A DNA stretch of 64,000 bases, taken from assembly GCA_020027215.1 (NCBI GenBank), contig JAHRAO010000003.1, forward strand, positions 10,718 through 74,717, read 5' to 3'. The DNA is from Gammaproteobacteria bacterium. Lineage in GTDB: Bacteria; Pseudomonadota; Gammaproteobacteria; JABABF01; JAHRAO01. The translations under genes were made by a program, and so were the position numbers. The notes beneath the pieces were generated by a model that had not been told where the DNA came from, searched no databases, and saw only the letters and a list, made by a program, of their open reading frames with translations. Shown piece by piece: positions 11,440 to 20,307 of this stretch (positions are counted from its first letter, which is position 1; each line of letters begins with the position of its first letter).

Positions 11440-12540
11440 ATGAGCCAGCACGCAGTGAGTTATATGCAGATACGCGGCGGCAGTTCCAAGGGGCTGTACT
11501 TCAATGCCAACGATATCCCCTCTGTACCAATTGAGCGAGATGCTTTTTTAGTCGCGGCAATGGGTAAAGGCAGCAGTCAGATAGATGGCCTTGGCGGCGG
11601 TCATCCATTGACCAGTAAGGCCGCCATAGTTTCACCTTCCACTCGCCATGATGCCGATATTGATTATCTATTTTGTCAGGTGGTCGTCGCTGAAGACCGA
11701 GTAGATACCAAACCTAATTGCGGAAATATACTTGCCGGCACAGGCGTATTTGCACTTGAATCGGGGATGATAAAAGCACAAGACAGTGAAACGCGTTTGA
11801 CCGTGCATATGGTCAACAGTAGCAAACTCTGTGAATTGGTCATCCCAACCCCCAACGGTAAAATAAATTATGCGGGCGATGCAAAAATTGCGGGCGTGCC
11901 GGGGAGTGCGGCACCCATCATCTGTAACTACAAAGATATAGCAGGGTCAGCCTGTGGTGCATTACTGCCGACTGGCCGTCCGCTCGATATTGTCGACGGC
12001 ATTGAAGTTACATGTATTGATAATGGTATGCCTGTGGTGGTGATGCGTGCTGCAGATATGGGCATTACCGGTTATGAAAATCCAGCAGACCTCAATGATA
12101 ACGAGGCACTAAAAGAGCGGTTACAGGCGATGCGCTTGCAATTGGGGCCCTTGATGCATTTAGGTGATGTTGACGGCGCCGCCGTGCCCAAAATGTGTAT
12201 GATATCGCCACCACAGCATGGAGGCTTGGTCAATACGCGCACTTTCATCCCCTATAAATGCCATGAATCAATCGGCGTATTGGGTGCCGTATCGGTCGCG
12301 ACTGCCTGTTTGCTCCCTAGGGGTGTTGCCAATACAGTCACACCATTTTCTGCTGGCTCGCAGCGCACACAAGCGATCACTGTGTCTATTGAACATCCCA
12401 GCGGCGAATTTTCTTGTGTATTAGATCTGTTTATAGAGCAGAACCACATTAAAATCAACAGTGCGGGATTGATGCGTACCGCGCGTTTATTAAGCCGCGG
12501 ACAATTATATATTCCCGATGAAATGATAACAAGTAGGTGA
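11440..12540 (+). CDS. PrpF-family isomerase, a 4-oxalomesaconate tautomerase (GalD/LigU-like)
   Basis: About 360 aa with a PrpF/AcnD-accessory-like diaminopimelate-epimerase fold signature (MRGGSSKG..., two CxN-type half sites). It sits between ligJ and ligK. Confidence 0.65.
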   Translation: MSQHAVSYMQIRGGSSKGLYFNANDIPSVPIERDAFLVAAMGKGSSQIDGLGGGHPLTSKAAIVSPSTRHDADIDYLFCQVVVAEDRVDTKPNCGNILAGTGVFALESGMIKAQDSETRLTVHMVNSSKLCELVIPTPNGKINYAGDAKIAGVPGSAAPIICNYKDIAGSACGALLPTGRPLDIVDGIEVTCIDNGMPVVVMRAADMGITGYENPADLNDNEALKERLQAMRLQLGPLMHLGDVDGAAVPKMCMISPPQHGGLVNTRTFIPYKCHESIGVLGAVSVATACLLPRGVANTVTPFSAGSQRTQAITVSIEHPSGEFSCVLDLFIEQNHIKINSAGLMRTARLLSRGQLYIPDEMITSR

Positions 12541-12543
12541 AAA

Positions 12544-13257
12544 ATGAAGACAGTGGCCATAAAGAATATTGCACGTGTTAACGTCACAGTAGCAGAAGCA
12601 CTCGGTGCACTGGGCGTGGCGACCGTACACGAGGCGGCGGGAAGAGTAGGCTACCTTAAACCCTATATGCGCCCTATATACCCACATGCCCGAATCGGCG
12701 GTAGTGCAATCACCGTATTGGCACAACCGGGAGACAATTGGATGATTCATGTGGCGATTGAATTATGTCACCCTGGCGACATTTTAGTGGTGGCCTGTAC
12801 CAGCGACAGTACTGACGGGTTTTTTGGCGATCTTCTAGCCACTTCGGCAAAAGCGCGAGGCGTCAAGGGGTTGGTGATTGACGCCGGCGTGCGCGATATC
12901 AGAGATTTGCAGAAGATGGATTTTCCTGTTTGGTCAAAGGCGGTGTCCGCCAAAGGGACGGTCAAAAACACATTGGGTGCAGTCAATGTCCCTGTGGTCT
13001 GTGCGGGGCAGCTCGTCAATCCAGGTGACGCTATTATTGCCGACGATGACGGAGTGGTGGCGATTGAACGCCACCGGGCAAAGCAGGTTTTGAGTGCGGG
13101 ACAAGCGAGAGCCACCCAAGAAGCACAAAAACGCGCACAATTACAATCGGGAATATCGGGGATAGATTTATACAATATGCGCCCGCGACTTGAGGAGAGC
13201 GGTTTCAAATATTTAGATTCGCTGGCAGATTTAGACGACCGCACAGACGACACCTAA
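12544..13257 (+). CDS. ligK: 4-carboxy-4-hydroxy-2-oxoadipate aldolase/oxaloacetate decarboxylase (LigK), RraA-like family
   Basis: RraA/MenG-like fold (GD.LV....S...[20 protein letters not shown]), a size of about 230 aa, and its position as the terminal gene of the lig operon. Confidence 0.75.
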   Translation: MKTVAIKNIARVNVTVAEALGALGVATVHEAAGRVGYLKPYMRPIYPHARIGGSAITVLAQPGDNWMIHVAIELCHPGDILVVACTSDSTDGFFGDLLATSAKARGVKGLVIDAGVRDIRDLQKMDFPVWSKAVSAKGTVKNTLGAVNVPVVCAGQLVNPGDAIIADDDGVVAIERHRAKQVLSAGQARATQEAQKRAQLQSGISGIDLYNMRPRLEESGFKYLDSLADLDDRTDDT

Positions 13258-13424
13258 GCTAGGATAAAGGGTATGCACAACTGTGCGAATGGTCATTAAA
13301 ACCATACGGCAACAAAAACATCATCTACCTAAAAATGATGGTATAGTATTGTGAGCCTTATCCAAACTTAGGCTTTTTAGTAATGTATGTGCCATTGTTT
13401 TTAGTATGAGGGAAGATTTACAAA

Positions 13425-15851
13425 ATGAATACCATATTTAACTCTGCTGCATTAGCCATCATTAGTGCCTCACTGCTATTGCCTGCAGTGAGTTTCGCCG
13501 AATTAGAGGAAATCATCGTCACCGCACAAAAACGACAGGAATCTCTGCAAGATGTGCCCATTGCGGTCACCGCCTTTACCGCAGATACACTGAATGCGTT
13601 AGGAGTCAATGATGTCACCGATGTGGTTAAATTCACCCCGGGACTAACCCTGAGCCAGCAAAATGGATCCAACAGAAATTACTTTCTGCGCGGTGTCGGC
13701 ACCTTTGATTTTCACCTCACCGCTGCATCAGCTGTAGGGCAGTATTTCGATGGTATCACTTTAACCAGCGGTTTTCACGCCCGGTCGGCGCTTTTTGACA
13801 TGGAGCGGGTGGAAGTATTAAAAGGACCACAAAATACGCTTTTTGGCCTGAATACGACTGGCGGCGCCGTAAATTATATCTCCAGAAAGCCAGAGATCGG
13901 TGACGGCTTAAACGGAGCGGTCAGCGGCAAGCTCGGCAATGATAGTCATTTGGGCATTGATGTCGCGATCGGATTTGACAATGGCAAAAATCTCGCCGGT
14001 CGCATCGCAGTCCATACCAATAGACATGATGGACCCTATGAAGCCATTTCAGATGGGCAAAAATTTGGTGCAGATAATTTAGTGGCCTATCGCGCAACAT
14101 TGTTGTGGCAACCTACCGATGCCACCAAAATCACTTTCAATATGCACGGATCATCCAACGACAATGATGGCGCTGCCGTGCGCGCAGTGGGCACACGGAC
14201 GATCGATAACAATGCTATAACAGCAACCAATACTTATGGCTTGGTACTCTGTTCGGCACTGCAAAACACCCCCATTGATTATGGCCAAATGACTAATTGC
14301 GTCAGCCGCGGCAACCGTCTAAATGGCCAGGCGCCAGTGAATCCCTCCACTAATGATTGGAAGCGCGTGACACAAGATTTAGGTTTTGAAGATCTATATA
14401 CTTTAGGGTATTACCTAAAGGTAGATCATGCATTTGATTTTGCCACTCTCAACTTGAGTCTCGCCATGGATAATCTTGAAGTGCAAACAGCACTGGATGG
14501 AGACGGGGGGCCGACAGCCTTACTTAACCTTCAACAAGAAGATGATCGCGATACGCAGCAATACGAAATCCGCTTGATCTCGCTCGATGATGCAGCATTT
14601 CGTTGGATTGCAGGAATCTATTATTTAGATGATACGTCCGATTCATATACGGGGGTCAATTCACCCGGATTTCCTGGACCGCCCGTATCACGCGGCATCA
14701 GAGTGGCGAATATACAGCTGGATACTGTAAAAACCAATTTAGGGGTATACGCCCAGGGTGAGGTTGATTTTAGTGATGCGCTGACCCTGACAGTGGGGTT
14801 GCGCTCGTCTGATGAAGAAATTATTGGCGATTACCTGCCGTCTGCTCCTGTTGCGACGAGCACACAGCTCGCTGCGCCTATATTTTCCGATACTATTGCG
14901 ACATTGGTGCGCCAACAATTCGCGGGGCAAACAGGATTTGACGCAAATGGCTATGAAATTGCACGCAAAGTGCGGCGAGTGCTCGACAACAATGATATCG
15001 GCTATACCATCAAGCTTGATTATAAAATGTCTGAAGACTCTTTGCTCTATTTTAGCGTATCCAAAGGATTTAAGGGCGGGGCTATAGACACCCGCGCCGC
15101 CTATGCATTAGTACCCGTGGCCAATGTCCAAACCAGTTTGGACGCAGCACAAATAGATCCCGAATCGCTTGACGCCTATGAAATTGGTTACAAAAGCGCG
15201 TTTGGCGAGAATATAAATCTGGATGTCGCAGTATTTCAGTATACCTATCAAAATCTACAACAATTTATTACACCTGGGGGCATTCCATCGCTGGATAATG
15301 CACCTGAATCTGAAATCACGGGATTAGATGGCAATTTGAGATACGCCACTGACCGTGGATTCTACCTTGATTTGGGATGGTCTTTCCTCAATTCAGAAGT
15401 GACCGATGGCGGAAATAGTCCTAATTTCTTTGCGGGGGCAGAGTTATCCAATGCACCGGATATGAGTTTATCTTTATTAGCCTCGCAGGAGATTTCATTG
15501 AGCGGCAATTTGCTGACTTTAACCGGCGGTATCAGCCATACGGGCGATCAGCTCCGCCGGACATTAGTTAACGGCAGTAATCAAATAGGCAATCTCCTCA
15601 CCGAACCTGCACATACTATAGTAAATACCAATGTGGCCTATCGTTTTGGGGAAGATCAAAAATATAACCTCGCATTTTTTATTGATAATGTACTGGATGA
15701 AAATTTTTGTGGGGGTCGGGTCGTAAACGACTCAAATGGCGTCCTCGCCAGTAATTTTAATCATCGGGCTTTAAGCTATAATGCGGTATGCCGTACATCC
15801 CGCGCCGCAACACGAACTTTAGGCGTATCTTTTAATTTAGCGCTGTTTTAG
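13425..15851 (+). CDS. TonB-dependent outer-membrane receptor
   Basis: Signal peptide, plug-domain TonB box region EEIIVTAQKRQESLQDVPIAVTAF, a size of about 800 aa, and a C-terminal ...FNLALF with terminal Phe. Confidence 0.85.
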   Translation: MNTIFNSAALAIISASLLLPAVSFAELEEIIVTAQKRQESLQDVPIAVTAFTADTLNALGVNDVTDVVKFTPGLTLSQQNGSNRNYFLRGVGTFDFHLTAASAVGQYFDGITLTSGFHARSALFDMERVEVLKGPQNTLFGLNTTGGAVNYISRKPEIGDGLNGAVSGKLGNDSHLGIDVAIGFDNGKNLAGRIAVHTNRHDGPYEAISDGQKFGADNLVAYRATLLWQPTDATKITFNMHGSSNDNDGAAVRAVGTRTIDNNAITATNTYGLVLCSALQNTPIDYGQMTNCVSRGNRLNGQAPVNPSTNDWKRVTQDLGFEDLYTLGYYLKVDHAFDFATLNLSLAMDNLEVQTALDGDGGPTALLNLQQEDDRDTQQYEIRLISLDDAAFRWIAGIYYLDDTSDSYTGVNSPGFPGPPVSRGIRVANIQLDTVKTNLGVYAQGEVDFSDALTLTVGLRSSDEEIIGDYLPSAPVATSTQLAAPIFSDTIATLVRQQFAGQTGFDANGYEIARKVRRVLDNNDIGYTIKLDYKMSEDSLLYFSVSKGFKGGAIDTRAAYALVPVANVQTSLDAAQIDPESLDAYEIGYKSAFGENINLDVAVFQYTYQNLQQFITPGGIPSLDNAPESEITGLDGNLRYATDRGFYLDLGWSFLNSEVTDGGNSPNFFAGAELSNAPDMSLSLLASQEISLSGNLLTLTGGISHTGDQLRRTLVNGSNQIGNLLTEPAHTIVNTNVAYRFGEDQKYNLAFFIDNVLDENFCGGRVVNDSNGVLASNFNHRALSYNAVCRTSRAATRTLGVSFNLALF

Positions 15852-16060
15852 CTGGGGGCTGTTTTGCGCTCGGGGCGTCCGTGCACCTCGCTTATTACGC
15901 CAGCCCAAAATTATCGCAAGACAAGTAATGCTCCATCTTGGGCTGGCGGGCGCTGTTCCCGACAGCGCTGACTGACTTTGCGTTCGGTATGTCTGTATAC
16001 CGAGATTGATGCATGGTCAACGCACCCAGCGTTGCTGTTTTAGCGCCCAAAAACATTTAT
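15852..16060. repeat. solo copy of the same structured repeat family (hairpin A at 15901-15953, hairpin B at 15949-15971, a third hairpin at 15986-16006, and terminal GCTGTTTTAGCGCC)
   Basis: The loop TATCGCAAGACAAGTAATGCTCCA is conserved and flanked by a new complementary stem, GCCAGCCCAAAAT/ATCTTGGGCTGGC. The element begins inside the TonB receptor stop codon (gcgctgttttag). Confidence 0.7.
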
Positions 16061-16115
16061 AATAAGCAAATGTGCCTGAGTATAGCAATTTATCCTTTTT
16101 TGATATGGCTGCTGC

Positions 16116-16586
16116 ATGGCGATTTGTAGTGCGGATGAGCTGCGCCAATTTATTTGCTGGGCGGCAGAACGCCGCCACAAAGTGGTGATGACCAATGGCT
16201 GCTTTGATATATTGCACCCCGGGCATATCGCTTACTTGACCGCAGCAAAAGCGTTAGGCAACTACTTAGCGGTGGCGATCAATGATGATCATTCGGTATG
16301 CCGTCTCAAAGGATCGTCACGTCCGATCAATCCATTAGCCGATCGTATGGCAATGCTCGATGCACTGCGCAGCGTAGACTGGGTGCTCTCTTTCCCCCAA
16401 GATACCCCTCAAGAGCTTTATCAGCACTTGCGACCCCATGTATTAGTCAAAGGGGGAGATTATCGTATTGCCGATATTCCCGGTGCACAAGATGTGCAGG
16501 CACATGGCGGAGCAGTGGAAGTGCTCCCCTATGTCGCCGGCTATTCTACCTCACAATTTTTGCAACGGGTACAAGGATTAGTATGA
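16116..16586 (+). CDS. hldE: D-glycero-beta-D-manno-heptose 1-phosphate adenylyltransferase (stand-alone HldE domain II / RfaE2)
   Basis: Cytidylyltransferase-like motif TNGCFDILHPGHIAYL, ...LKG..RPIN, and a size of 156 aa. Confidence 0.7.
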   Translation: MAICSADELRQFICWAAERRHKVVMTNGCFDILHPGHIAYLTAAKALGNYLAVAINDDHSVCRLKGSSRPINPLADRMAMLDALRSVDWVLSFPQDTPQELYQHLRPHVLVKGGDYRIADIPGAQDVQAHGGAVEVLPYVAGYSTSQFLQRVQGLV

Positions 16587-17506
16587 TCGCAATCACAGGT
16601 GGCGCTGGATTTATCGGCAGCCATATCGCCCGCAAATTCAACGAAATACACAGCGAAGAGGATCTCTTACTCGTTGACGATTTAACCGCTGGACAGCAAA
16701 AACTACGCAATATCGCCGATCTCAAGATTGCCGATTACTTAGATAAGGAACAATTTCGCACCCGTGTTGAAAAAGAAGATAAAAATTTGAAGTTAAAAGC
16801 GGTATTTCACTACGGCGCTTGCACCGATCGTAGCGAAGGGGATGGTCGCTATGTGATGGATAACAATTATCATTATTCCAAAACCCTCTTACACTACTGC
16901 TTGAATAAAAAGATTCCATTTATTTATGCCATCAGTACACAAGCAGAAAAAAAGACGAACATGGTTGATTATAGCCAATGGTTATTTGATCAGTATGTGC
17001 GAAACCGGCGTGAACCCAACAGCCGAATAAAAAGCCTACGGCTGTCCAATGTCTACGGTCCTTACGAACAACATAAGGGTCCTCAAGCGAGTTGTATTTT
17101 TCACCTTTGTCGCCAGGCGCTTCATCAACAGCGTATTCATCTACACGGATCGGCGGAAGCGGAACACAATAAAAAAAAATACCAGTTTCTCTGGGTTAAA
17201 GATATTGCCGTTACCAATGTTCATTTATACACTGAACTATCAGAAAAGAATATGGATTATCACGAAACAAGTCGTTATATCGTCAATGCCGACACAATAT
17301 CACTGTATGAATTAGCAGTGATCATAGCGCAGAAAGCCGGAATCAGCACTGATATGCAATATCTGAATACAAAGAGCGGCAACTATACTCCTGTACACAG
17401 CATCATACCCACTGATTCGAGTCCGTTCACTTGCGAAACATCCGTCTTTAATGGCATTGCCATGTATATACGCTGGCTTAATGATAATGCCGAAAGCATA
17501 GAGTGA
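16583..17506 (+). CDS. hldD: ADP-L-glycero-D-manno-heptose 6-epimerase (HldD/RfaD)
   Basis: MIAITGGAGFIGSHI NAD-binding N-terminus. The start is ATG 16583, in frame within track ORF 16298-17506, with an ATGA overlap onto the previous gene. About 307 aa. Confidence 0.7.
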   Translation: MIAITGGAGFIGSHIARKFNEIHSEEDLLLVDDLTAGQQKLRNIADLKIADYLDKEQFRTRVEKEDKNLKLKAVFHYGACTDRSEGDGRYVMDNNYHYSKTLLHYCLNKKIPFIYAISTQAEKKTNMVDYSQWLFDQYVRNRREPNSRIKSLRLSNVYGPYEQHKGPQASCIFHLCRQALHQQRIHLHGSAEAEHNKKKYQFLWVKDIAVTNVHLYTELSEKNMDYHETSRYIVNADTISLYELAVIIAQKAGISTDMQYLNTKSGNYTPVHSIIPTDSSPFTCETSVFNGIAMYIRWLNDNAESIE

Positions 17507-18570
17507 ATTTCCCAAAAAATCACCGCTACTTAGCGGCGTTAGCGCAGGAACCCGTTGATCGCGTTCCCGTGTGGCTCATGCGCCAAGCGGGGCGATACTT
17601 GCCCGAATACCAGAAACTGCGCCAGCACGCTGGGGGTATTATGCCCCTTTTCCGCACTCCTGAATTAGCATGCACTGCCACATTACAGCCTTTACAACGC
17701 TACCCCTTAGATGCCGCTATACTCTTCTCCGATATTTTGACTATCCCCGATGCCATGGGGTTAGGTCTTTACTTTTCAGAAGGAGAAGGTCCACGCTTTC
17801 GCCACCCCATAAGAGAATTGCGCCAGATTAATGATTTACCTCTCATTGCGCCGGAGAAAGAATTGCGCTACGTGATGGATGCGGTAGCACTGATCTGCCG
17901 TGAATTAGCAGGGCGTACCCCGCTTATCGGATTTTGTGGATCGCCATGGACAATGGCATGTTATATGGTAGAAGGCGGGAATTTAGGTAATTTCCGCTAC
18001 ATTAAAACCTTATTGGGCGATTCGCCGGCGGCTGTGCATACTCTATTAGATAAATTAGCCCGTGTGGCCGCTGATTACCTCCAACAACAGGTCGTTGCCG
18101 GTGCACACGCCATACAAATTTTTGATAGTTGGGGAGGGGTTTTACACAAATCAGCCTATTGTGAGTTTTCACTGCGCTATACCAAACAAATTATTGACCG
18201 CCTCCGTTCATCTTCCATCACGCAAAACATTCCGGTCACTTTATTCACCCGCAATGGTTTTGCGTGGCTCAATGAAATGGCGCAGTGCGGATGCGATGCA
18301 CTCAGTTTAGATTGGCAAGTTGATATAGCGGCAGTGCGCACGCAATTAGATCGGCAAGTGGCCTTACAGGGCAATTTTGATCCTGCTCTCCTCTACACGT
18401 CGGTAGAGTATATCCGTCAACGCGCCGCACAAATATTGGATGGACATGATGGTATCGGGTATATTTTTAATCTCGGACATGGGGTGCCGCCCGATGTCCA
18501 CCCAGAAAAAGTTGGGGCATTGATCACTGCAATACAGGAGTTATCGGCGCAGCAGCCATCATCAAGATAA
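17503..18570 (+). CDS. hemE: uroporphyrinogen decarboxylase
   Basis: RVPVWLMRQAGRYLPEY, the canonical HemE N-terminal motif. 355 aa. Confidence 0.9.
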   Translation: MNFPKNHRYLAALAQEPVDRVPVWLMRQAGRYLPEYQKLRQHAGGIMPLFRTPELACTATLQPLQRYPLDAAILFSDILTIPDAMGLGLYFSEGEGPRFRHPIRELRQINDLPLIAPEKELRYVMDAVALICRELAGRTPLIGFCGSPWTMACYMVEGGNLGNFRYIKTLLGDSPAAVHTLLDKLARVAADYLQQQVVAGAHAIQIFDSWGGVLHKSAYCEFSLRYTKQIIDRLRSSSITQNIPVTLFTRNGFAWLNEMAQCGCDALSLDWQVDIAAVRTQLDRQVALQGNFDPALLYTSVEYIRQRAAQILDGHDGIGYIFNLGHGVPPDVHPEKVGALITAIQELSAQQPSSR

Positions 18571-18576
18571 TAAAAA

Positions 18577-19008
18577 TCACTCTTGTGCAGGCGGAATGCG
18601 GGTGGTCAGCACGCGAGCGACACGGCTCTGGGTATCAAAATATATTTTCAATACAAGTTCGGGCTGTTGATACTGTGTCTGACGCACAGTATCAGGCACA
18701 AATGAGATCACTGTGCTCTGCGCTGTGCTGTGTTCGGTGAGTACCTGTCCATAACGCCGATACATCCACACCACTGTGCGGTCAATTTCTTTTATTGTAT
18801 CGGGCACTCCGATACGATAAAGGATTTCTTGCTGAGTTGTCTCACCGATATGCAGGTGAGTCACAATACGCTGCTCCGCCAATAGCAATGACTGCTCCTG
18901 ATCGTTATGAATCAGGGGCGCAGGACGATAACATTGACCGAGCACCGCAACCATTACCACAATAATCGCCGTATAAGGTAAGAACCAACAATTCACATAT
19001 GACTTCAA
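18577..19008 (-). CDS. hypothetical membrane-anchored protein, translationally coupled to the sugar transferase
   Basis: N-terminal TM segment. The start overlaps the stop of the wbaP-like gene (ATGA). No recognisable family. Confidence 0.3.
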   Translation of the reverse strand: MKSYVNCWFLPYTAIIVVMVAVLGQCYRPAPLIHNDQEQSLLLAEQRIVTHLHIGETTQQEILYRIGVPDTIKEIDRTVVWMYRRYGQVLTEHSTAQSTVISFVPDTVRQTQYQQPELVLKIYFDTQSRVARVLTTRIPPAQE

Positions 19009-20225
19009 TTGGCTTTATACCGTAAAAGAATAGTACCGATAGTTCTCAGGGCGATATTAATATCTAACCAATAAGAACAGTACTTTATGTAATACAAGTC
19101 GTATTCTAATTTCACCCGAATGGCATCAATGTCCACCGCATGGGTGTGTCCATGCATCACTTGCGCCCAACCGGTAATGCCCGGTTTAATCATATATTTA
19201 TACCTATAGTAAGGAATCTGTTTTTTGTAGGTGTCGTGGAGTGATTGATCTTCAGGGCGGGGACCGATTAAGCTCATATCTCCTTTAAGAACATTCCATA
19301 ATTGTGGGAGTTCGTCCAAACGAAAAGCACGGATAAAACGCCCGACAAAAGTCACTTGCTTCGTTGGTGTCGCCGACATGCTACGGAATTTGACCATCTT
19401 AAACGGTTTTTCTCGCTGTCCAACGCGCAGACCAATATACAACACCGGTCCCTTGGAGGTTAACTTCACGGCAATGGCAATCATGATGGATACAGGTATC
19501 GTGATGATAAGCAATGCCAATGCGGCAACAATATCGAGCAAACGCTTAGTCCATAATCGGAGGGGGTGGATAAATAATTTATCTAAGTGATCGGCACGCG
19601 CATCTTGCAACGCAATTTGCCCAGTCAATCCTTCTCGTAAGTGAGTTGCATCGTATACAGTCCGATTATTCATCACACAATTGGCGATAAAGTCAGCCCA
19701 CTCGTTAGGCAAATTAGCATATGTATCTACAACTATTGCTTCTTGGGTAGCAATAGGTTCCTCGGGAGGGCGGCTCAACACTCGCCAATGTCCTGGGAAT
19801 TGTAAAAGAGTTTGTGATGTCCCATAAGGAACAACCAAAAATTGTTCTACGCGGGTTTTGGGCTTACGCAACGAATAACGTATCGCATACCATAATAAAG
19901 TAATAATAAAACTTGCCACCAACAATACGCGCGAATACTCTAGTCGGGATAATATCAAACCCAATATGAGCAACCCAAAAACCGAGGCGGTCACAGGGAT
20001 CACATGCGATAAGACTAACTTTCCGGGTAGTTTTTTCATTTGCTGTAAAAACACCGCGATAATAAACACCGCACAGTTCGCCCCGACAAGAGTATTGACC
20101 TCGCTATCGGCGAGCGGTACATTCATTCCAAGCCACCTCACAAGTGCTAATAGGCAGAGGATCAGCACAATGGCGAGAAAATCACTCCACAATAATAATT
20201 GGCTCAACGGGTTGCGAGTAAACAT
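19005..20225 (-). CDS. undecaprenyl-phosphate sugar phosphotransferase (WbaP/bacterial sugar transferase family)
   Basis: Four or five N-terminal TM segments and the C-terminal catalytic motifs KFRSM, DELPQLWNVLKGDMSLIGPRPE. Confidence 0.8.
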   Translation of the reverse strand: MFTRNPLSQLLLWSDFLAIVLILCLLALVRWLGMNVPLADSEVNTLVGANCAVFIIAVFLQQMKKLPGKLVLSHVIPVTASVFGLLILGLILSRLEYSRVLLVASFIITLLWYAIRYSLRKPKTRVEQFLVVPYGTSQTLLQFPGHWRVLSRPPEEPIATQEAIVVDTYANLPNEWADFIANCVMNNRTVYDATHLREGLTGQIALQDARADHLDKLFIHPLRLWTKRLLDIVAALALLIITIPVSIMIAIAVKLTSKGPVLYIGLRVGQREKPFKMVKFRSMSATPTKQVTFVGRFIRAFRLDELPQLWNVLKGDMSLIGPRPEDQSLHDTYKKQIPYYRYKYMIKPGITGWAQVMHGHTHAVDIDAIRVKLEYDLYYIKYCSYWLDINIALRTIGTILLRYKAN

Positions 20226-20307
20226 TTTTCAATTATAATAATCATCATATTTTAATTCCTACCAGTACCTATTATGAAATATTACCGGTTATAGAATAAG
20301 CGCAACC

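Noticed and set aside
13358-13384. AGCCT...AGGCTTTTT stem-loop upstream of the TonB receptor gene, a possible terminator of the lig operon
   Set aside because: The stem is 5 bp and weak, and the T-run is interrupted. It may be real but is too marginal to annotate.
16298-16582. Long N-terminal extension of the hldD ORF (402 aa in the track)
   Set aside because: The extension overlaps the hldE-domain-II gene in another frame. The conserved epimerase N-terminus MIAITGGAGFIGSH begins at the in-frame ATG 16583 with an ATGA junction.
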